Shown: positions 29,201-36,877, counted from the first letter of the stretch. The stretch is 64,000 nt of DNA from Vicingaceae bacterium (GCA_037969435.1 JBBKXK010000014.1:3526-67525), one strand, 5' to 3'. The notes: generated by a model from the letters alone, not told the origin. Program-made: numbers and translations.

Positions 29201-30017
29201 TATTCCCTGTAAAACTTGCAATTATTGAATCTGAAGAGTTAATCGTTAATTTATGAACAGGTGTAGAAGTACCGACTCCAACATTACCGACAACATAATC
29301 AATACCTTGTGCATTTGTATTCCATAAACCACCACTTGAACTTGGCAAAACAACAAACCCTCCATTAGTTAAAAATATAGTATCATTTGAAATGCTTAAT
29401 GTTTGTAGCTCGTTGGTTGCTGAAGTATCATTATTATTCGCAGAGCCATCTAAACCATTACATATATAATATTGAATATCTCTTTCTAATGGTTGTAATA
29501 TGTTATCATCATTGTCATCCACTCCCATATATATTAGATAACCTCCATTTGGACAATTAATGCCTACAGGTTCTGCTACTGAATCAGCTAAATTTGCATG
29601 TCCATTTGCTCCAGGCATACCGCTTGCAGCAGTTTTTGCATGAAGCGCATAAGGCACAGATAATAATTGAGTGCCTGTCATTACGTCCCCATTTATTGTA
29701 ACTCTTAAATAATATATTCCTAAACTCCAATTTATTCCAGAAAAAGTTCCAAAAACAGGAGTTCCTCCTCCAATCTCAGCGGTAAATAATCCGAATTGAT
29801 TTGTAGATGACACATAAGTTTCACTATAAATAAGTGTGCCCGATGAGGATCCTTGTAAAACATCAAAAACTATATTTACAGGAGTTGTAATCAATGGATT
29901 CCCTGATAAATCTCTAGCAACTGCTTGATAATTTACAAGCTGTGGTGCTTGAGAAAAAGCATTATTGGTTAACAGGAGACTTACTGTTAAAACTAATAGT
30001 GTGAAAATATTCTTCAT
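26223..30017 (-). CDS. Tail-fibre-like giant secreted protein A (1264 aa) with C-terminal gC1q-like domain
   Basis: Signal peptide, diverged copy of the shared N-module, four GxGT shaft motifs, two 'KILTSDASG.A(S/T)W' motifs, an NxAxG repeat block. C-terminal 'VAFEAH...FFDDGANYNSATSVFTAPVNGIYSF...LRKNG...LAAGDTIDIRV...WFSGHLVYAN'. Confidence 0.9.
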   Translation of the reverse strand: MKNIFTLLVLTVSLLLTNNAFSQAPQLVNYQAVARDLSGNPLITTPVNIVFDVLQGSSSGTLIYSETYVSSTNQFGLFTAEIGGGTPVFGTFSGINWSLGIYYLRVTINGDVMTGTQLLSVPYALHAKTAASGMPGANGHANLADSVAEPVGINCPNGGYLIYMGVDDNDDNILQPLERDIQYYICNGLDGSANNNDTSATNELQTLSISNDTIFLTNGGFVVLPSSSGGLWNTNAQGIDYVVGNVGVGTSTPVHKLTINSSDSIIASFTGNNPGASIIGISNTNPGATIGTIFLSGTDTAIIALDPAQKLLGISNNINGGHIGISSDSTITSYARVISNVAQDFVYNNSDSIFNISPTGNIININQGTFVTDSLYLIGNNKDSTNWILANDGFGQAKWTNPNSLGLGGSLWQSNSPDIYFNTGNVGVGTLPSHKFHVSGGNPAITTIALFERAGFFGATIDVNATGSNSAGIKLQNGGTTTGSIISATSGEMSITATKVGIGGPASGKLHIANSSTTAIPTLQLHETSSGFSRIKHTNTVANKYWIVEAGLNAVDATSGYSIAYNNGVTNKIPFIVYGDSKVGINNIAPPLSSFHVMDDNTVGNGIISEGFNQPGLLVAARNNFTSPNRGAIVSGDLIGQIAFPGHHSSGFGGGPQIYAKATENFTSSSFGSEIIFNTIMNGTTTNVQALRLLNDGRAEFPVGLLIPTGAGANKILTSDASGNASWQTPSFSSSNDTSIIDADGDTYINLEAAPDQDVIHFNLGNSTGYTAAEYFTMIGPRFEVINSGNSVFIGQGAGLNDDLTNNLNTFIGHDAGNSNTTGVENVALGSAALLSNVSGGTNTAIGREALRLNTGGSNTAVGFRASQNNTTGVFNSSLGYEVLRLNSTGNRNSAFGTASLQNSTGSNNSSFGADAGITLTSGNNNTFIGKSADAGIANLTNATAIGANSVVSANNSLVLGGIGANSVNVGIGTTSPIVSLHVAKDGQTIIAAQSFNNNVSDGSSLALIRSRGTAAVPAGVQNGDRLGKLEFIGMDNAFNLSEAVSIRAFADETFGSTAHGSHLEFHTTPIGIGVSNEAMRIAPNGNIGIGTGIPSAKLDVNGTFKLTDGTEGAGKILTSDASGFATWKTRQVAFEAHVSGLPSLSLGALQFGTVFFDDGANYNSATSVFTAPVNGIYSFNLSVMAIVSLSNGSLNVTLRKNGLDNKEQTAYLTSGQPNNITFVTTMRLAAGDTIDIRVNSAPAGTSVQSSAGTWFSGHLVYAN

Positions 30018-30045
30018 TTATCGCTTAATTACAAAAGTTAAGCGA

Positions 30046-30076
30046 CAAATTTAAGCATCTTAAAGATGTTAGTCAA
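30046..30076 (-). promoter_or_regulatory. Candidate Bacteroidota sigma-A promoter for the fibre locus (-33 TTG / -7 TAaaTTTG)
   Basis: The minus strand reads cTTGac-N20-TAAATTTG. The -7 box is at 30046-30053, about 29 nt upstream of the ATG at 30017. Confidence 0.4.
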
Positions 30077-30113
30077 GTTTATTTTTCAGACCTAACCTGA
30101 TAAAGGTTTCATA

Positions 30114-31901
30114 CTAAGAAACATGCATGCCTATAACAAGAATATCATCTACTTGTTCAAGAGGTCCTCGCCAATGTTCAATGGTTTCATCTAAAAACTC
30201 TTTTTGAGCATTCATAGTTTTTCCATTTAACGTTAACAAATAATCTCTAAATCTTTTATACATAAACTTTTTACCTTTTGGCCCCCCAAATTGATCCGAG
30301 TATCCATCAGAAAAAACATAGATATAATCTTTTTCTTGTAGTTGAATTATATGATTAGTATATTTTTGATGCTCATTTCCATAATAACTTCCAATAGCAA
30401 ATTTATCTGCCTTAATTTGATTAACCTCACCATCTCTAACCAAATATAACGGATTATAAGCCCCAGCATATTGCAATTCTTTTGTTCTTGCATCATAACA
30501 ACATAACGACAAATCCATCCCGTCTTTCGTTTTAGAGCCAATTGCATTGTTATGTAATGTTTTACTAATTCCTTGATTTAATGCATCTAAAATACTAGCG
30601 GGATCATCATTGTTTCGAAGCGCTTCATTTAATGCGTTGTACCCAACAATACTCATGAAAGCACCAGGAACACCATGCCCTGTGCAATCAACAGCAGCAA
30701 AATAGACTTTATTATTCTTTTTTTCTACCCAATAAAAATCCCCACTAACAATATCTTTTGGTTTATACAAAATAAATGTATCCGGCATTACTTCTTTCAC
30801 AAACTCTTTAGGTGGTAGTATTGCTTCTTGCAAGCCTTTTGCATATTTTATACTATCTGTTACCTCTTCATATAATTCACTTATTTTTTCATTCTGCAAC
30901 TCTATTTCTTCTTTTTGCTTAACAACCTCCGCAGTTCTCTCCTTAACTTTTTGTTCAAGCATTCTTTCATTTTCAGCCAAATCATCACGCATTTTTATAA
31001 GCGTTTTACCTAAAGCATCGTCCCCACTCAGAGGTTCATAATGGGCGTCAAATTTTCCAGAACCAACAGATATAGCAAAATCCTTTGTGCTTTTTAACCC
31101 TGTGATTACTCTATTTAAAGCATTTGTCATTTCTCCAATTTCATCTTTTTTTGCCTTAATGGAATAATTAGGAATTATTCCCTTACTCAAGGTTAAAAGA
31201 ATTATTTTAAGTTTTTGAACCGGGCCTACAATTGTTCTCGTAGTATATATTGCTACCAACACACCAAAAATAACAAGGGCAATACCTAGCCATTTAGAAA
31301 GCCATTTTAAATCACTAAAAGATGTCTGCATATCTTCTGTAACTTTATCCGTGTTGAATTTTTGATTGCTTATTAAATCATCCAATTGAAACAATATTTC
31401 AGATGTCTTAAGCGAAATATCTCCGTCCTCACCTATTAAAAAATTGGCTAAAAATTTATTTTGAGAATCTTCATAGCTCGCCCAATCAGGCAGTAACATT
31501 TTAACTTCAGTCTGTAAATCAAATAGTTCATGAAGGTTTTTAAATACCTGTTTTATCCTTTCTCTATCATCTTCCTTCCAATAAATCGTGAGCTTTTTTA
31601 TGCTTTTTTCTAAATGTGGATAGTCTCGTTCTATTAGTCTATTTAATTTCTCTTTATCAGGATGATCAGCATGTGATTGAAAATAAATCCAATTAAAAAT
31701 AAGCATTTTAGATCGAACAGTAAGCAATTTAAGCTCCTCTAATGAAGCGACAGAAGGGCTATTAACATCAGTGATTTGATCGTTAATTTTAATGCTCTCA
31801 TTAAGTGTTTGGTAGGTGGTATAAAATACAATAACAATAAAAAAAAGTAGAACTCCAAAACCAGTTCCTATTTTTTTCCCTATTGTAAATCTAAATCCCA
31901 T
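30114..31901 (-). CDS. Membrane sensor with HAMP domain + coiled coil + PP2C/SpoIIE-type serine phosphatase
   Basis: Two TM segments flank an approx. 170-aa extracytoplasmic region. HAMP 'IVGPVQKLKIILLTLSKG...EIGEMTNALN'. Phosphatase motifs 'SGDFYW', 'AAVDCTGHGVPGAFMS', 'DGMD', 'FSDGYSDQFGG', 'DDILVIGM'. Confidence 0.85.
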   Translation of the reverse strand: MGFRFTIGKKIGTGFGVLLFFIVIVFYTTYQTLNESIKINDQITDVNSPSVASLEELKLLTVRSKMLIFNWIYFQSHADHPDKEKLNRLIERDYPHLEKSIKKLTIYWKEDDRERIKQVFKNLHELFDLQTEVKMLLPDWASYEDSQNKFLANFLIGEDGDISLKTSEILFQLDDLISNQKFNTDKVTEDMQTSFSDLKWLSKWLGIALVIFGVLVAIYTTRTIVGPVQKLKIILLTLSKGIIPNYSIKAKKDEIGEMTNALNRVITGLKSTKDFAISVGSGKFDAHYEPLSGDDALGKTLIKMRDDLAENERMLEQKVKERTAEVVKQKEEIELQNEKISELYEEVTDSIKYAKGLQEAILPPKEFVKEVMPDTFILYKPKDIVSGDFYWVEKKNNKVYFAAVDCTGHGVPGAFMSIVGYNALNEALRNNDDPASILDALNQGISKTLHNNAIGSKTKDGMDLSLCCYDARTKELQYAGAYNPLYLVRDGEVNQIKADKFAIGSYYGNEHQKYTNHIIQLQEKDYIYVFSDGYSDQFGGPKGKKFMYKRFRDYLLTLNGKTMNAQKEFLDETIEHWRGPLEQVDDILVIGMHVS

Positions 31902-31918
31902 GCTATAAACATACGAAT

Positions 31919-32812
31919 CTACTTATCTTTTTCCAAATCCGCTAATTCTTTTTTATACTCTTCTGATTTTATCATGTCATTTAAACCATAATATATGTTT
32001 GACAGACCAATTAGTGTTTCTTTTCTATTATAATTTAATTCATAAGATTTTTTCATGTATGGTAATGCTTCTAAAAATATAGTTACACAATGGTCTTGAA
32101 TCTCATTTAATTTATCAATATCCATGTCGTAATCCATATTATTAATTATATCAGCAGCTTCATTGTAATAAAGAATTGCCAAATTATAGTTAGCTACTGG
32201 GTTCTCTTTATCTAAAACTAAAATTTCAATGTATAATTTTTTTATTTGATGTGATTCTAAAGAATCTAATCCTTCACCCGTATCGGCAGGTCTATTCAAC
32301 ATTGAAGCTAATGCCAACTTAAACTTAACATCTTGAGATGTTAAATCAACTTGTGGTTCAGACAATAATATTGCTTCTTTATAATTATTATAATTCACAA
32401 CAGCAGTTAGATAATCCTCCGGTGTTAACATCCTTGCTGCATCATTATATAAAGTAGACGCTAAATATTTTACAATTTTTGAAGCACTTTCAGAAAACTC
32501 CTCTTTACCTTCCATGCCCCACATTTTTTTAAATGCATCTACTGCAGCAAGTCGGTAAGAAGAGGTTTTATTTTCTTTTTCATACGTTTTATAAAGCTCT
32601 TTATAGATAAACCCTTTATAATACCATGTCTTAGGCTGTTCTTTCAACTCTTCATTTTGTATGGCAAGATCAATATATTTTTTAGCACTATCTATTTCAT
32701 TCTTCTGCATATAAAATAATGAAACAGATAAGTCGTCTTTACCTATAAATTGACCAAACACAGTAGAACTGAGTAAAGCAATAAAAATTAATATGTAAAT
32801 TTTCTTTATCAT
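31919..32812 (-). CDS. Secreted TPR-like helical-repeat protein
   Basis: Signal peptide. Repeated 'A..Y...A' helical-hairpin pattern (e.g. 'AKKYIDLAIQ', 'ANYNLAILYYNEA', 'LSNIYYGLND'). Confidence 0.65.
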   Translation of the reverse strand: MIKKIYILIFIALLSSTVFGQFIGKDDLSVSLFYMQKNEIDSAKKYIDLAIQNEELKEQPKTWYYKGFIYKELYKTYEKENKTSSYRLAAVDAFKKMWGMEGKEEFSESASKIVKYLASTLYNDAARMLTPEDYLTAVVNYNNYKEAILLSEPQVDLTSQDVKFKLALASMLNRPADTGEGLDSLESHQIKKLYIEILVLDKENPVANYNLAILYYNEAADIINNMDYDMDIDKLNEIQDHCVTIFLEALPYMKKSYELNYNRKETLIGLSNIYYGLNDMIKSEEYKKELADLEKDK

Positions 32813-32814
32813 TA

Positions 32815-33333
32815 TTATTTTACAGTAAATGCTAACGATTCTAAATTAGAGCTTACCTTTAATTTATATTTTTCTACATTTTTCTTATTTAGTTCAAATT
32901 TCTGTCTATTATCTTTTACAATAAAATTTATCCCAGCCCCCTTATCCACCAAGCCTTTTTCTTCGGTAATTACTAATGTACTGTTAGTTTTGATTTTTTT
33001 TAAAACTTCTGATATCTCATTACTTTCATCCTTACTTAAGTAAAGTATATGACAATTACTGATTTCACTTGGAGATGTAAATTTTTTAATTTGAAGAGTT
33101 TGATTCGCAACTTTTTTTGTTTTTGCCATTTTAGATAATTCATCAAAAAGAGGTGATTCACCAACAACTCCAACAACAAAATTTCCTTCTCGATAAGATT
33201 GAGGCCACTCAATTAATTTGGTGAAATTCATTATAAAAATTGCCTTCATTTTAGAGTTCGTATCAACCACTGCTAACTTAAAGCTAGATGAGACTATCAA
33301 TAATAATAGTAATATGAAGTTGATTTTTTTCAC
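32815..33333 (-). CDS. YfiR-like (DUF4154) periplasmic protein
   Basis: Signal peptide, 'KAIFIMNFTKLIEWPQ', 'FVVGVVGESP', 'CHILYLS', 'LVITE'. 2-nt gap to the TPR-like gene. Confidence 0.7.
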   Translation of the reverse strand: MKKINFILLLLLIVSSSFKLAVVDTNSKMKAIFIMNFTKLIEWPQSYREGNFVVGVVGESPLFDELSKMAKTKKVANQTLQIKKFTSPSEISNCHILYLSKDESNEISEVLKKIKTNSTLVITEEKGLVDKGAGINFIVKDNRQKFELNKKNVEKYKLKVSSNLESLAFTVK

Positions 33334-33423
33334 TTAGAAGCTCTATAAACAAATTTTAAGCCAAATAATTATATTGCAATTTATAAAAAATATTTTGAAA
33401 CTAATTTAACACAAAAGAGGTGT

Positions 33424-33813
33424 TTATTCTTTTTTTCTACCCTTACCAGATTTTCTTCCTCCAGAAGAACTGTTTGGAGCTGAGCTTCCTTTGCCTTTAG
33501 GCTTAGTATTAACTGATTTATATCTTCTTTTAGATGAAGAAAAACCTGAACCTCTATTCTTTTTAAGACGTTTTTTCGAGACTGAATGAGAATATAACTT
33601 ACTTTTAGATTTCGTTCTTGGAGGTTTTGATGAATAAATGTTTGGCCCTTTCTTTGATTTTCCCGTAAATGAGTCTTTATTTTTTGGAGCTGAACCTCCC
33701 CCTCTTTTTGCAGATGCTGTGCCACTTTTTTTCTTCCAAAATTGAGCATGCGTATTGTTGCTTGAAACACAAAGCACAAACAAGCTTATTAATATGTATA
33801 TTAGGTATCTCAT
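33424..33813 (-). CDS. Secreted, extremely basic K/R/S/G-rich low-complexity protein (129 aa)
   Basis: Signal peptide 'MRYLIYILISLFVLCVSSNNTHA', then about 105 aa dominated by K, R, S, G (KKKSGTASAKRGGGSAPKNK...GGRKSGKGRKKE). The two overlapping alternative-frame ORFs were rejected. Confidence 0.55.
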   Translation of the reverse strand: MRYLIYILISLFVLCVSSNNTHAQFWKKKSGTASAKRGGGSAPKNKDSFTGKSKKGPNIYSSKPPRTKSKSKLYSHSVSKKRLKKNRGSGFSSSKRRYKSVNTKPKGKGSSAPNSSSGGRKSGKGRKKE

Positions 33814-33951
33814 AAAAACAAAAAATCCTCATGTCAAGGAACATAAACCATTCCAAAAACAACAAAAAGAAATTTATTTATCCGCTAATCTTAATAAATT
33901 CGAGTAAATGTAAAAAAGTTGGCACATTAAAACTGCATTTAAAACGCATTA

Positions 33952-33984
33952 GTTATTAACAATAAATACTGTCGTGTTAATAAC
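33952..33984 (-). terminator. Candidate hairpin after ferritin gene
   Basis: gttattaac (33952-33960) / gttaataac (33976-33984), 9-bp stem, 15-nt loop. No strong U-tract. Confidence 0.3.
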
Positions 33985-33987
33985 ATT

Positions 33988-34506
33988 TTACTTAGATTGC
34001 TTGTCTTGCCCATTTGATAATGATATGTTTTCAATGTCTCTATCAAACAAATAAAGTCCTCCTTTATCTTGTCCTATCATATTTAATTTATCCATAATAG
34101 TCCTAGCTAGGGCTTCCTCTTCTATTTGTTCAGCCACATACCATTGCATAAAATTATGTGTAGTGTAATCCTTTTCGTTTAAACATATTTCTACCAAGTT
34201 ATTTATCTCTCCTGAGACCATCACTTCATGGTCTAATAATGTTTGAAATAAGTTTGACAACGATTTGTAACTCGATTCTGGTTGTGATAATTGAGGAATT
34301 AATGCTTTTCCTCCTCGTTCATTAACATACTGAACTAACTTTAACATGTGCATTCTTTCTTCATCAGAATGTTTGTAAAGAAACTGCGCTGCTCCGCCTA
34401 AACCTTGGGTTTCTGCCCACGATGCCATTGCTAAATATATCTGAGACGATTGTCCTTCTGTTTTAATTTGACTATTTAAAGCCGCTTCTATTTTCTCTTT
34501 TAACAT
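33988..34506 (-). CDS. ftnA: Ferritin (non-haem, bacterial Ftn type)
   Basis: Ferroxidase-centre pattern 'QIYLAMASW', 'EERMHMLKL', 'LLDHEVMVS', 'FMQWYVAEQIEEE'. 172 aa. Confidence 0.9.
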   Translation of the reverse strand: MLKEKIEAALNSQIKTEGQSSQIYLAMASWAETQGLGGAAQFLYKHSDEERMHMLKLVQYVNERGGKALIPQLSQPESSYKSLSNLFQTLLDHEVMVSGEINNLVEICLNEKDYTTHNFMQWYVAEQIEEEALARTIMDKLNMIGQDKGGLYLFDRDIENISLSNGQDKQSK

Positions 34507-34563
34507 ATAGTTATTGTTTCTTCAAATATAAACATCAAAAAAAGAAATTAAAAAGTTTTCGTA

Positions 34564-35259
34564 CTATTTATGTATAATAAATCTAAAACCCCTTCCATGT
34601 ACATTCATTATTTCAATATTTTCATCTTCTTTTAAATGCTTTCTCAATTTTGCAATATAAACATCCATACTCCTTGCATTAAAATAGTTGTCATCCTCCC
34701 ATATTGCTTTTAACGCATAAGTTCTTTCTAAAGTTTTTCCTTCATTTAAACAAAGTAGCCTCAATAAATCATTTTCTTTTGATGTTAATTTATTTATTTC
34801 GCTTCCTACTATTAAAACTCTTTTTTGATAATCAAATGAGTATTTACCTATCGTAAAAATTGTTTGCTCTTGCTCTTTATTTTCGCCAATAGTTCTTCTT
34901 AATACAGCGCTTATTCTTGCCAACAATTCTTCCATACTAAATGGTTTAGTAATGTAGTCATCTGCTCCAGCTTGAAAGCCCTGCAAAGTATCTTCTTTCA
35001 TTGATTTGGCCGTTAAAAATATGATCGGAATTTTATCGTTAATTTTTCTGATTTCTTTTGCCAAAGTATAACCATCCTTTATAGGCATCATTACATCTAA
35101 TAAACACAAGTTGTAAGTTCCTTTTGCAAATAAATTAAATGCTTCTTCACCATTTGCTGCAAGCACCGTATGATAACCTTTTGCTTTTAAATAATCACAG
35201 AGTAAATTACCTAGGTTTGTATCATCTTCTGCTAATAATATTTTAATGTTTTTTTGCAT
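34564..35259 (-). CDS. OmpR/PhoB-family response regulator
   Basis: 'ILLAEDD', 'LCLLDVMMPIKDG', 'LTAKS', and winged-helix C-terminus 'LTSKENDLLRLL...MDVYIAKLRKHL...VHGRGFRF'. Confidence 0.9.
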   Translation of the reverse strand: MQKNIKILLAEDDTNLGNLLCDYLKAKGYHTVLAANGEEAFNLFAKGTYNLCLLDVMMPIKDGYTLAKEIRKINDKIPIIFLTAKSMKEDTLQGFQAGADDYITKPFSMEELLARISAVLRRTIGENKEQEQTIFTIGKYSFDYQKRVLIVGSEINKLTSKENDLLRLLCLNEGKTLERTYALKAIWEDDNYFNARSMDVYIAKLRKHLKEDENIEIMNVHGRGFRFIIHK

Positions 35260-35261
35260 AA

Positions 35262-36836
35262 TTATATGTTTTCATTATGGTTAAACGGGAGGTATATTTT
35301 AAAACTTGTTCCTTTACCAAAATCACTTGTTACATTAATTTCTCCACCATGTTTTTCAACAATGGCTTTTACGTAATTTAATCCTAAACCAAACCCTTTT
35401 ACATTATGAATGTTACCCGTTGGTACTCGATAAAATTTATCAAAAATTTTAGTAAGGTTTTCTCTCTTTATTCCAATGCCGTTATCAGAAACCAATAATA
35501 AAATCCCTTCTTTTTGATTTTTTGTTTCAATAATTATTTCAGGCGTTGAAGGGGTGTACTTATTAGCATTGTCTAATAAGTTATAGATAAGATTAGTAAT
35601 GTGTACCAAATCTGCCTTTAGTATGCTTTTTTCTGCATTTAAGCTTTTAAAGATATTACCTGATTTTGTTTTTACTTGAATAGATATATTTTCTGCTACT
35701 TGATTAATAACCTGATGTAAGTCAAAGCTTTCTTTCTTTAGCTTTAAATCTGCTTTATCCCATGTTGCGCTTTTTAAAACACTCTCAACCAAAATGCCCA
35801 ATCTTTTATTTTCTTGATTAATCATTCCTATATAACTATGTTGCACATCAATATTTTTAGAAACATCTTTATCTATGAGAGCTTCGCATGCTAATGATAT
35901 TGTTGCAATAGGCGTTTTTAATTCATGAGTCATATTACTTATAAAATCATTTTTTACCTCAGATAATTTTTTCTGTTTAAAAATAGTTTGAATAGTATAA
36001 GTAAAAGCCCAGACTATAATTATTAATAAAACAACTGAGGTTAACAACATCATCCACATTGTTTTTAAAAGATACCCTTTTTGATGTGGAAAATAAACAC
36101 TTAAAAAATGTGGATTTTCTAACACATCGTTTGGAAATAATTGTGAATAAAATCCTGATTGTCTTATCTTATTAATGTTGTCAACAGAATCAACAATTAT
36201 CTCATTTCCGTTAAAATCAAAAACACCATACTGAAATGTAGCTTTTATTCCTCTATCAAGCAACTCATTTTTTAATAAGGAATCTAAAATCACTTTGTCT
36301 ATTCTTTCTAAAATAGTTCGATATTGATTAGCTTCAAATAAATTTTGAAGCATTTCATTTAATACCGAAGATTCTCGTTGTTGTAACATAGCTAAAGAAT
36401 CATTACCTGCAGAAATTCTTACAGGACCAGAACCTTGTATACTGAGTTCAAACCCTACCTGCCCGTTTGGAGAAATGGTTTGCATAGATTTTTGGTAAAC
36501 CTTACCGTCTTTGGATTGCTTCTCACTTATTTTGTAAGTAATGCCATCTTGTTTAAAAACAGCAGCAGAATCAAAATTATTCTGAACAGAATTATTTAGT
36601 TGATTCATTTTTTGATTAAAAAGTTGCTGCCCTTTTTTATTCTCTTTAATTCTTTTAACAGCATCTATTCTTTCTAATTTACCACTTACCGAAAATAAAG
36701 CTGATCGAATATCCCTTTTAAATTCCTCTTCTTTTAACGTAACAGCATTATCTATCCAATAGATTTGAATAGCCACTAAGCCAATTAATGCACTCGTAAT
36801 TACTCCTATTAATATATAGATATATTGTTTTTTCAT
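35262..36836 (-). CDS. Sensor histidine kinase (partner of 34564-35259)
   Basis: Two TM segments. H-box 'FISNMTHELKTPIATI', N-box 'LLDNANKY', G-boxes 'DNGIGI' and 'GFGLGLNYV'. ATG at 36836 preferred over the listed TTG at 36845. Confidence 0.85.
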   Translation of the reverse strand: MKKQYIYILIGVITSALIGLVAIQIYWIDNAVTLKEEEFKRDIRSALFSVSGKLERIDAVKRIKENKKGQQLFNQKMNQLNNSVQNNFDSAAVFKQDGITYKISEKQSKDGKVYQKSMQTISPNGQVGFELSIQGSGPVRISAGNDSLAMLQQRESSVLNEMLQNLFEANQYRTILERIDKVILDSLLKNELLDRGIKATFQYGVFDFNGNEIIVDSVDNINKIRQSGFYSQLFPNDVLENPHFLSVYFPHQKGYLLKTMWMMLLTSVVLLIIIVWAFTYTIQTIFKQKKLSEVKNDFISNMTHELKTPIATISLACEALIDKDVSKNIDVQHSYIGMINQENKRLGILVESVLKSATWDKADLKLKKESFDLHQVINQVAENISIQVKTKSGNIFKSLNAEKSILKADLVHITNLIYNLLDNANKYTPSTPEIIIETKNQKEGILLLVSDNGIGIKRENLTKIFDKFYRVPTGNIHNVKGFGLGLNYVKAIVEKHGGEINVTSDFGKGTSFKIYLPFNHNENI

Positions 36837-36877
36837 TTCTAACAAAAATACGCTTAATGCTTAGATAGTCTTTGGTG

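Noticed and set aside
20212-30017. Prophage or tailocin remnant, suggested by the tail-fibre, S74 chaperone and C1q-like content
   Set aside because: No capsid, terminase, portal, sheath, tube, baseplate, lysis or integrase genes occur anywhere in the 64 kb. All three proteins have Sec signal peptides and sit in an operon with PorP/SprF and OmpA-family genes. I therefore treat the locus as cellular, possibly phage-derived.
20212-30017. CRISPR-like or tandem-repeat array suggested by periodic short motifs
   Set aside because: The periodicity is at protein level (GIGT..P motifs, NxAxG rungs), with diverged DNA and variable spacing of hundreds of nt inside intact ORFs. There are no identical direct repeats with unique spacers.
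33381-33865. Alternative-frame ORFs 33381-33779 and 33677-33865 overlapping the polybasic protein gene
   Set aside because: Neither has a signal peptide or a sensible N-terminus. Low-complexity purine-rich DNA keeps several frames open. The frame with a clear signal peptide (33424-33813) is preferred.
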